Source: Candidatus Omnitrophota bacterium
GTDB lineage: Bacteria > Omnitrophota > Omnitrophia > Omnitrophales > Aquincolibacteriaceae
DNA: 62,525 nucleotides
Direction: 5' to 3'
Assembly (NCBI GenBank): GCA_003140935.1
Contig: PLLJ01000037.1
Location: 1-62,525 of the forward strand
Shown piece by piece: positions 1-7,270 of this stretch; position 1 is the stretch's first letter; each line of letters begins with the position of its first letter. Below the pieces are notes generated by a model, which was not told the origin of the DNA, did not search any database, and worked only from the letters and a program-made list of their open reading frames with translations. Position numbers and translations under genes: made by a program.

Positions 1-40
1 GTTATGAGCCCAACGAGCTACCGAGCTGCTCCACCCCGCG
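1..40 (-). tRNA. Initiator tRNA-fMet (anticodon CAT), 5' part only, truncated by the window edge
   Basis: The reverse complement of 1-40 reads CGCGGGGTGGAGCAGCTCGGTAGCTCGTTGGGCTCATAAC. This nearly matches the 5' half of the E. coli initiator tRNA (C1 start, D-arm, GGG run in the anticodon stem, CAT anticodon at plus-strand 4-6). The 3' half lies outside the window. Confidence 0.85.
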
Positions 41-236
41 ACGGTGATCATAAAAATGATCCAACTCTGACGGCGGTATTGTAGCAGATTCTCTCGTGGA
101 AGCAATCCCTCCCTTTTCACCCCTCTTTTTGAGCTTTTCCGGACCCTTTTCCCAAGGTGGACGGAATCCTCGCCTCGGTCTATAATGCCCACCTTTCAGG
201 CACTCCAAAAACCCGATCCTTTCAAGGAGCGTTTTC

Positions 237-1190
237 ATGTATCGAGAACAAATTAAAGTATTAGATTGCACGATCCGCGACGGCGGATTGATGAATAACC
301 ACGACTTCGACGACCGCTTCGTCCGGGCGATCTTCAAGGCTGTTTCCGAAGCCGGGATCGACTATATGGAGATCGGTTATAAGAACTCTAAGAGGCTTTT
401 CCCGGGCGACAAGTACGGTGCCTGGAAATTCTGCTCCGACGACGATATCCGGAAGGTCACGGAAGGGATCCCCTCCAAGACCAAGATCTCGGTCATGGTG
501 GACGTGGACCGCGTGGACCTTGACGACATCAAGCCCAAAAAGGAAAGCCCTGTCAGCATGATCCGCACGGCGTGCTATATCAAAGACGTCGACAAGGCGA
601 TCTTTCTCGCCAATCATTTCGCGGACAAGGGTTACGAGACCGCGGTGAACCTCATGGCGATCTCGAAGGTGCTGGAAGTGGACCTGAACGAAAGCTTGGC
701 CCAGCTTGAAAAGGAATGCAAATGCAATGTGGTGTATCTGGTCGATTCGAACGGCGCGCTGTATCAGGAGACCGTGGAGTACCTGATCAAGAAAGCCAAG
801 AGCATCATCAAGACCAAAGAGATCGGCCTTCACGCGCACAACAACCAGCAGCTGGCCTTCGGCAACACGATCGAGGCGATCATCCACAACGCGAACTATC
901 TGGACAGTACGATCTTCGGGATGGGACGCGCGGCCGGGAATTGTCCGACGGAACTGCTCCTGGGTTTCCTGAAAAACCCGAAATTCGATATCCGTCCCAT
1001 CCTGGACGTGATCTCGAAGGAAATGATCCCCCTCAGCAAAGAGGTCGAGTGGGGCTATGTGATCCCTTATGCCATCACCGGGATCCTGGACGAACATCCC
1101 AAAGCCGCGCTGGAGCTTCGCAACAGCGACCGGAAGGATAATTTCCGCGAATTTTATGACAGTTTCGCGGGAAGCTCCGAGGTCGAATAG
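237..1190 (+). CDS. DRE-TIM metallolyase family protein (HMGL-like / pyruvate carboxyltransferase-type aldolase)
   Basis: 317-aa ORF with the N-terminal LDCTIRDGG motif typical of HMGL-like TIM-barrel aldolases/synthases. AAGGAG lies about 7 nt upstream of the ATG. The full-length antisense ORF 261..1193 is a shadow. Confidence 0.7.
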   Translation: MYREQIKVLDCTIRDGGLMNNHDFDDRFVRAIFKAVSEAGIDYMEIGYKNSKRLFPGDKYGAWKFCSDDDIRKVTEGIPSKTKISVMVDVDRVDLDDIKPKKESPVSMIRTACYIKDVDKAIFLANHFADKGYETAVNLMAISKVLEVDLNESLAQLEKECKCNVVYLVDSNGALYQETVEYLIKKAKSIIKTKEIGLHAHNNQQLAFGNTIEAIIHNANYLDSTIFGMGRAAGNCPTELLLGFLKNPKFDIRPILDVISKEMIPLSKEVEWGYVIPYAITGILDEHPKAALELRNSDRKDNFREFYDSFAGSSEVE

Positions 1191-1225
1191 CACCGCATCT
1201 TATTTGAAATCAGGGGTATGCGGTG

Positions 1226-1393
1226 CAGCACTTGATTTTCGTTAATAAAAAATGATCAGAAATCAGTGTAGTCCAAGTCGCCATGATTTTCATTAATAAA
1301 AATCGATAGGAAATCATGACTGTCCTCGTTGTCAATCAGGCATCCTATATGAGAACGAGGGCGCCATTCATGAGAAGAAATAAAGACTTGGGC
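1226..1393 (+). repeat. AT-loop hairpin cluster (copy A)
   Basis: Hairpins CACTTGATTTTC/GAAATCAGTG (1229-1268), CATGATTTTC/GAAATCATG (1282-1318) and CCTCGTT/AACGAGG (1324-1360). An enclosing stem CCAAGTC (1273-1279) / GACTTGG (1385-1391) surrounds the last two. Two loops contain TTAATAAAAA. Confidence 0.6.
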
Positions 1394-1418
1394 AGTACTG
1401 TTAACCCCTAAAAATTAA

Positions 1419-2057
1419 ATGGAGAACAGTATAGGCGTGGACCTGCAAAAGTTCCGTAAAAAGCCCGTCCTCGGGATCCTGCGCGGGATCACGCCTCCGC
1501 AATTGGAGCCCCTCTTCGAGTCGATCCTGGCCGGCGGTCTTCGGGCCGTGGAGATCACGATGAACACTGAAGGCGCGGCTGGGCTCATCAAAAACGCGGT
1601 CAGGCGTTACGGCAGGCAGCTCATGATCGGAGCGGGAACGGTCTTGACCCTGAAGGACCTTCAGAATGCCCTTCATGCGGGCGCGACCTTTATCGTAAGT
1701 CCTGTCGTGGTCCCTCCCGTGATCGAATACTGCACCCGGCACAAGATCCCCGTATTCCCCGGAGCGCTCGTCCCTCAGGATATTTATGAGGCATGGTGCT
1801 CCGGAGCGACGATGGTGAAGGTGTTCCCGGCCGGCTGTTTCGGCCCCGGTTATTTCAAAGAGATCAAAGGCCCGTTCCCCAAGATCGAGCTCCTGGCATG
1901 CGGCGGGGTCACGCCGAAGAACCTGCCGGATTATTTTAAGAACGGCGCGAGCGCGGTCGCGGTAGGCTCGAGCGTCTTCCGTAAGGATTGGCTCGCTGCA
2001 AAAAAATTCCACCTCATCCGCAACAAGATCCGCGCCTACCTCAAAGCACTCCCCTAG
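1419..2057 (+). CDS. eda: 2-dehydro-3-deoxyphosphogluconate / 4-hydroxy-2-oxoglutarate aldolase (KDPG aldolase family)
   Basis: 212 aa. Motifs VLGILRG, AVEITMNT, GAGTVLT, KVFPA and CGGV match the Eda class I aldolase pattern, and the size is typical. Confidence 0.8.
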   Translation: MENSIGVDLQKFRKKPVLGILRGITPPQLEPLFESILAGGLRAVEITMNTEGAAGLIKNAVRRYGRQLMIGAGTVLTLKDLQNALHAGATFIVSPVVVPPVIEYCTRHKIPVFPGALVPQDIYEAWCSGATMVKVFPAGCFGPGYFKEIKGPFPKIELLACGGVTPKNLPDYFKNGASAVAVGSSVFRKDWLAAKKFHLIRNKIRAYLKALP

Positions 2058-2143
2058 TATTTCGCTGAATTTCCAAGCAATCCTTCTTCGCCGTTCGTTT
2101 TTCCCCGGCGTGAAAAAACTCACTCGCACCTACACCCTCGCTC

Positions 2144-2295
2144 GTCAGCAGGAGGATGCCTTGCCGGAGGCAGCTCTCGGAGCGCTTCGAGCTTGGTCCC
2201 ACCCTCGGCGGGTCGAAGCGCGAGAGCGCAGGCGGTCATCGTTCGCCGGAAACGAGGAACCGCCGGTGCCGAAGCAAGGCATCCTCCCGGCTGAC
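2144..2295. other. GC-rich nested inverted repeat (candidate structured RNA or complex terminator) between convergent eda and uvrB
   Basis: Outer arms GTCAGCAGGAGGATGCCTTGC (2144-2164) and GCAAGGCATCCTCCCGGCTGAC (2274-2295) pair as 6 + 14 bp with one bulge. Inner arms are CTCTCGGAGCGCTTCGA / TCGAAGCGCGAGAG and GGCGGT / ACCGCC. Confidence 0.45.
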
Positions 2296-2363
2296 ACCCT
2301 GCCCGCTTGGCCTTCGGAGCGCGCATCAGGATTCTTGGAAATTCCGCTTGGGGAAATTGCGGG

Positions 2364-4370
2364 CTAGCGTTTTTTGCGGGGCAACCGGACGGGTTTCTTG
2401 GGCGCGGCGCCCTCCCCTTCGATCCGGCGGATCTCATCGCGATAACGGGCGGCCTTGTCGAACTCCAGCGCCCGGGCACAAGCTTCCATGCGGGTCTTAA
2501 GGAAGGCGAGATAGTTCTTGGTGTCGTATTCTTTCCCGGATTCATGGACCACGTCGTGGACGAACTCTTCGGCCTTTTTCCATTGTTCGATCCCGTTCTT
2601 GATCTCTTTTTGGATCGAGACCGGCGTGATCTTGTTCTCGATATTGTAGTCCGCCTGGATCTTGCGGCGGCGTGCGGTTTCGTCAATCGCCCGCTTCATG
2701 GAATCCGTGACCTTGTCCCCGTACATGATGACCCTGCCGTTGATGTGACGGGCCGCACGGCCCGCGATCTGGATGAGCGAAACGTCGCTCCGGAGGAAAC
2801 CTTCCTTGTCCGCATCGAGCACGACCACCAGCGACACTTCCGGAAGATCCAAACCTTCGCGCAAAAGGTTCACGCCGATCACGCAGTCGTATTTCTTGAG
2901 ACGGAAATCGCGGAGGATCTCGACCCTCTCGAACGCGTCGAACTCCGAGTGGATGTAATGCACCTTGATCCCGAGTTCTTTCAGGTACCGGCTCAGGTCT
3001 TCGGCCATTTTCTTAGTTAAAGTTGTCACGATCGTCCGCTCCTCCTTCTTCGCCCGCGCCTTCACCTCGCCGATCAAGTCGTCGATCTGGCCTTCGGTCT
3101 TCCGGACTTCGATCTGGGGGTCCATCAATCCCGTGGGGCGGATGACCTGCTCCGTCGTTTCCTTCACGCGGCCCATCTCATAAGGCCCCGGGGTCGCGGA
3201 AACATAAAGACACTGATTCAATTTGGCTTCGAATTCCGGCCATTGGAGCGGCCGGTTATCCAGCGCGGAAGGCAGGCGGAACCCGTGCTCGACCAGGACC
3301 TTTTTCCGCGAGGCGTCGCCGTTGAACATGCCGCGGATCTGCGGCACGCTCTGGTGCGATTCGTCGATGATGACGAGAAAATCCTTGGGGAAATAATCCA
3401 TGAGCGTGTACGGCGTGGAACCCGGAGCGCGTCCGGAAAGATGGCGGGAGTAATTCTCAACGCCGGAGCAATAGCCGACCTCCCTCAGCATCTCGAGGTC
3501 GTATTGCGTGCGCGACTCCAGGCGCTTGGCCTCAAGGTCCTTGCCTTCGGAAGCGAGTTTTTTGACGTGTTCTTTCATTTCCTGCTCGATCGATACGATC
3601 GCGGCCTCGAGCCTTTCACCCGGCGTCACGAAATGCTTGGCGGGATAGATCGCGAGTTTTTCAACCTCTTGGAGGGCGGTCAATTTTACGGGGTCGAGAA
3701 GCGCGATCCGTTCGATCGCTTGGGGACCGAAATCGATCCTGTAGGGATTCTGTCCGTACGACGGAAGAAGGTCGATCCTGCCGCCGCGCACGCGGAACGT
3801 CCCCCGGCGGAGTTCGGTGTCCACCCTTTCATATTGAAGGCTGATCAGGCTCGAGAGGAATTTGTCGCGGTCCGCGGCCTCACCCTTGTTGATCGTGATG
3901 AGAAGTCCCTGCCAGTCCTCCGGCGCGCCGAGGCCGTAAATGCAGGAGACGCTTGAGACGATGATGCAGTCCTTGCGTGAAAGGACGGAGCTGGTCGCGG
4001 AAAGACGCAGCCGGTCGAGGTCCTCGTTGATCGAAGCGTCTTTTTCGATGTAGGTGTCCGTGTGCGGGATGTACGCCTCCGGCTGGTAATAATCGTAGTA
4101 AGACACGAAATATTCGACGGCATTTCCGGGAAAGAACTCCTTGAGCTCCGAATAAAGCTGAGCCGCGAGGGTTTTGTTGTGGGAGATCACGAGCGTGGGA
4201 AGCCCGAGTTGGGCAATCACATGCGCCATGGTGAACGTTTTGCCGGACCCGGTGACGCCTTTGAGGACCTGTTCTTTTTTTCCGGCCCGGAACCCTTCCA
4301 CCAGCTTTTCGATCGCCTGCGGCTGATCGCCCTTGGGGGTCATGGAAGAAACAAGTCTGAAATCGCTCAT
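2364..4370 (-). CDS. uvrB: Excinuclease ABC subunit B
   Basis: 668 aa with Walker A GVTGSGKTFT, helicase motifs and a C-terminal UVR motif (LEFDKAARYRDEI). Full-length similarity pattern to UvrB. Confidence 0.97.
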   Translation of the reverse strand: MSDFRLVSSMTPKGDQPQAIEKLVEGFRAGKKEQVLKGVTGSGKTFTMAHVIAQLGLPTLVISHNKTLAAQLYSELKEFFPGNAVEYFVSYYDYYQPEAYIPHTDTYIEKDASINEDLDRLRLSATSSVLSRKDCIIVSSVSCIYGLGAPEDWQGLLITINKGEAADRDKFLSSLISLQYERVDTELRRGTFRVRGGRIDLLPSYGQNPYRIDFGPQAIERIALLDPVKLTALQEVEKLAIYPAKHFVTPGERLEAAIVSIEQEMKEHVKKLASEGKDLEAKRLESRTQYDLEMLREVGYCSGVENYSRHLSGRAPGSTPYTLMDYFPKDFLVIIDESHQSVPQIRGMFNGDASRKKVLVEHGFRLPSALDNRPLQWPEFEAKLNQCLYVSATPGPYEMGRVKETTEQVIRPTGLMDPQIEVRKTEGQIDDLIGEVKARAKKEERTIVTTLTKKMAEDLSRYLKELGIKVHYIHSEFDAFERVEILRDFRLKKYDCVIGVNLLREGLDLPEVSLVVVLDADKEGFLRSDVSLIQIAGRAARHINGRVIMYGDKVTDSMKRAIDETARRRKIQADYNIENKITPVSIQKEIKNGIEQWKKAEEFVHDVVHESGKEYDTKNYLAFLKTRMEACARALEFDKAARYRDEIRRIEGEGAAPKKPVRLPRKKR

Positions 4371-4864
4371 CGATCCGTCCTAAGGCTGGACCGCTTCTCC
4401 GGCCCGTGATGCCTTACCGTGGGAATGACGGTCACATAGATCAGGCCGCCCTCAAGGCCCGATATCTTTTTGAAAGCACCCCGGGTGAGGTCGACCGTCC
4501 GGCGAAGGCGCAAAGCGGGACCGTGGTCATTCACCCGGCACACCACCCAATTTCCGTTCAAGGTATTAATGACCAGCAGTTCCTCGCCGATCGGATAATC
4601 CCACGAGGCGCAGGTCATCGCCTTATCGTCAAAGATCTCGTTGTTGGCCGTTCGTTTATGGATCCCTTTGTCGGTACGGCTGTACCAGGACGCAATGCCG
4701 ACCCGCGACCGGTGAAAATCCAAGTCCGGGAACCGGGTCATCAGGTCGTCCACATAGAACCAGACCGACACACCGGCGATCCCCATCACCACGATCGCCA
4801 GCCCCAGGAACGTCTTTTTACCCGGCCGGAATCCTTGAGAAGGCACGGAATTTAAAATACTCAT
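4367..4864 (-). CDS. rlpA: RlpA-like double-psi beta-barrel protein (septal ring lytic transglycosylase family)
   Basis: 165 aa with an N-terminal TM helix, then GIASWY...RTANNEIFD...VVCRVNDHGP, the RlpA/DPBB signature. Its stop overlaps the uvrB start (ATGA). Confidence 0.7.
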   Translation of the reverse strand: MSILNSVPSQGFRPGKKTFLGLAIVVMGIAGVSVWFYVDDLMTRFPDLDFHRSRVGIASWYSRTDKGIHKRTANNEIFDDKAMTCASWDYPIGEELLVINTLNGNWVVCRVNDHGPALRLRRTVDLTRGAFKKISGLEGGLIYVTVIPTVRHHGPEKRSSLRTDR

Positions 4865-5048
4865 AGCGGATTATAGCACCTCCCGCCATGATTTTATCCT
4901 ACCAGAAAACCGGTTTTCCCCCTCGCCGGAAATACCGGAATCGCTTTCCGTGAGCGGAAAGAGATAAGTTTTTTCGGTGCCGAGCCGTTACTGAAAAGTC
5001 GGCACTCTAAGGACCTTTACCGGAGGCTTGTCTTTTTAAAAAATCTTT

Positions 5049-6260
5049 ATGAAAAATCCTATCCGATCTGTTGTTTTTGCCCTTATCTGTAGCTCCATGC
5101 TCCTCGCGCTGGGTTTTTGGATATCCGGAAAATTTGGTTTGCGGCACCCCTGGGGAAAAGAGAACAAACAAGCCGTCATTCAACTGGTCTGCCTCGGAGA
5201 TTCGCATACCTTTGGTGTCGGCACCCTAGCCCTTTATTCGTATCCCCTGCAATTGGAAAAACTCCTGAACTCCAATAACCCGGGACAAAAATTCACCGTC
5301 ACCAACCTGGGAGAGCCCGGATCGGGCACGAAAGCCCAATCCGAGTCGTTGAAGTTCTTTCTCAGAAATCACCCGGTCGACGGGGTCCTCTGGCTGACCG
5401 GACGGAATAATACCGACGCGGACATCCAGTCTTTCAAGAACAAGCCGCCGCCCCGTCCGATGCCGAATTTTTTTTCCGGCATCAGGGGCTTCCGGTCCTT
5501 CAGAGGGATCGCCCTTCCTCCCGGGAGAAAAGATCCTTATGCGGATTATCTGGATTTTTATCTGGAGACGGTACAAAAACTCTGCAAGGCCCACAAGGCC
5601 CGGCTGGTCCTGCTCTCCTATTACAACTCCGCGGACATTGCCGTCAAAGCCTTTGCGGACGGACACCGCATTCCTTTCCTCGATTTCCGGGATGATTTTT
5701 CGATTTTCAGAAAAAAGAGGGAGCCCGCTCAATACACCTCTCCCGACGGTTCTCATCTGAACCGCTTCGGATATCAATGCTATGCGGAATGCCTCTATGA
5801 AGACCTGTTCCGCGATCAAAAGCGCTTGGGACTGTATTTGGGTCCGCTCGTGAAAAAAATAAAGACCGCGGATTTTTATGCGGACCCGGTCGAGACTGAC
5901 AAATGGGTCCGCTATCAACAGGAGAGGGCCGAACATAACAAAGAAGCGTGGTCCTACCCTTTTGAGCAGATCCAACTGGGAAATATTTATGAAGAGATGG
6001 GCCGGGCGGAGTCCGCGAAGGAATGTTACATGGAAGGCCTGATCGCTTCGGATTATGCCGACCATAGCGCGCTGGTGTCCCCGATCATCGGCTGGCACCT
6101 GAGGAGAGGAGAACGTTTCGAAGCCCTGCAATTGTGCAACGACATCCTTGCCAAAAACCCCAGGAACAGCGTTGCCAGAACTTACCGGGAGATCCTGTCG
6201 CGGAACCTGCCTAACACCTTGATCGAACGCCTGCAGGGTGGTATGGAATCCATCGATTAA
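5049..6260 (+). CDS. SGNH/GDSL-family hydrolase with C-terminal TPR-like region
   Basis: 403 aa with a hydrophobic N-terminus, block I CLGDSHTFG (catalytic Ser context), a later DGSHLN block, and a C-terminal helical repeat region (YEEMGRAESAKECYMEGL...). Confidence 0.6.
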   Translation: MKNPIRSVVFALICSSMLLALGFWISGKFGLRHPWGKENKQAVIQLVCLGDSHTFGVGTLALYSYPLQLEKLLNSNNPGQKFTVTNLGEPGSGTKAQSESLKFFLRNHPVDGVLWLTGRNNTDADIQSFKNKPPPRPMPNFFSGIRGFRSFRGIALPPGRKDPYADYLDFYLETVQKLCKAHKARLVLLSYYNSADIAVKAFADGHRIPFLDFRDDFSIFRKKREPAQYTSPDGSHLNRFGYQCYAECLYEDLFRDQKRLGLYLGPLVKKIKTADFYADPVETDKWVRYQQERAEHNKEAWSYPFEQIQLGNIYEEMGRAESAKECYMEGLIASDYADHSALVSPIIGWHLRRGERFEALQLCNDILAKNPRNSVARTYREILSRNLPNTLIERLQGGMESID

Positions 6261-6313
6261 GAACGGGAGATGACGGCCTGGGCCGGATGCGTGAGCGCGC
6301 CGGCCGGAAACCC

Positions 6314-7270
6314 TTACAGGTGGGATCCTCTTTCGGCGGCATCGCCGAAACGGGACGGAAAAGTCTCATACCAGTCAAGCAAGAGGGAGAAATCAACGCC
6401 TTTAACGGAATGGGTCAGGGCCCCGACGGAGATGGTATCGACGCCCGTTGCGGCATACTTCCGGATGTTCTTGAGCGTCATACCTCCGGAAGCTTCAATA
6501 AGGACGCCGGGGGCTTCCCTGCGAATGATCCCCACGGCCCTCCGGGTCTCCTGGGGCGTGAAATTGTCCAGGAGGATCACCTTGGGCTTGAGCGCGATCG
6601 ATTGGCGGAGCTCCTTGAGATCGCGGACCTCGATCTCGAAATCACGCGGGTGCCGTTTCAGTTTCGAAAGATCGCCGTAAAGCCGGTGGTTTTCTTTGAC
6701 GAGGATATACGAATCAAGGCCGGGACGGTGCCTTCGGCCCCCGCCGACCTCCACGGCCACTTTTTCCAGCTCGCGCCAAAGCGGCGTGGTCTTGCGCGTG
6801 TGGAGAAGAAGGACCGGATATTCTTTTATTTTTTCTACGAACTGGCGCGTTTTGGTCGCGATCCCGGAAAGATGGCTGATAAAATTGAGCAGGGTCCTCT
6901 CCACCTTCAGGATCGACCGGATATTCCCGCGCATTTTGAAAACGATCTTCCCGGGCCGGACCTTCCCTCCGTTATGGACCCAGAATTCGAGCTTCACTTT
7001 CGGATCCACGATCTTGCAAAGCTCTTTGGTAAGCCGTTCGCCGCAAAAGATCCCGTGGTCCTTGGCGATCACCCGGGCTTCGCCCTTCGTTGAAGCCGGG
7101 ATCAGAAGATTCGAGGTGATATCCCCGTGTCCGATATCCTCCCGGAGGGCTTCCTTGAGGAAATTCAGGGTCCTTTGAGAGACCGGGAGCGCGTGGCCGT
7201 GGATGCCGTGCCTTTTGCTAAAGACCGGCGAGCTGGGTTTTGTAGGATACGAGAAGGCTTTTCGCATCAT
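6314..7270 (-). CDS. nadC: Nicotinate-nucleotide pyrophosphorylase (carboxylating)
   Basis: The ALREDIGHGDITS N-terminal motif and the C-terminal TIM-barrel pattern (VEVGGGRRHR, LLDNF, IEASGGM) match NadC. I place the start at the ATGATG at 7270/7267, not the ORF-track 7336. No ATG, GTG or TTG lies downstream before the conserved region. The start is uncertain. Confidence 0.85.
   Translation of the reverse strand: MMRKAFSYPTKPSSPVFSKRHGIHGHALPVSQRTLNFLKEALREDIGHGDITSNLLIPASTKGEARVIAKDHGIFCGERLTKELCKIVDPKVKLEFWVHNGGKVRPGKIVFKMRGNIRSILKVERTLLNFISHLSGIATKTRQFVEKIKEYPVLLLHTRKTTPLWRELEKVAVEVGGGRRHRPGLDSYILVKENHRLYGDLSKLKRHPRDFEIEVRDLKELRQSIALKPKVILLDNFTPQETRRAVGIIRREAPGVLIEASGGMTLKNIRKYAATGVDTISVGALTHSVKGVDFSLLLDWYETFPSRFGDAAERGSHL

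Noticed and set aside
41-236. Promoter calls for the initiator tRNA (minus) and the HMGL-like gene (plus; TATAAT at about 181-186)
   Set aside because: -10-like hexamers exist (TATGAT upstream of the tRNA, TATAAT upstream of the CDS), but no convincing -35 lies at proper spacing. The evidence is too weak to list as features.
261-1193. 310-aa minus-strand ORF covering the whole HMGL-like gene
   Set aside because: It is a mirror (shadow) ORF of a well-supported plus-strand gene. Its translation is Arg/Asp/Val-rich with no recognisable motifs.
2171-2324. Two CGCTCCGA(G/A) strings in the eda-uvrB spacer as possible relics of the giant-ORF R-S-E motif
   Set aside because: They are not in the same reading frame (offset 137 nt), and they lack the flanking Arg and Met codons. 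They form part of the stems of the inverted repeat and are probably coincidental.
2110-2686. ORFs 2110..2367 (+) and 2120..2686 (-) across the eda-uvrB spacer
   Set aside because: They run through the GC-rich inverted repeat and into uvrB antisense. The translations are Arg/Pro/Ala low complexity. I treat the region as a non-coding structure.
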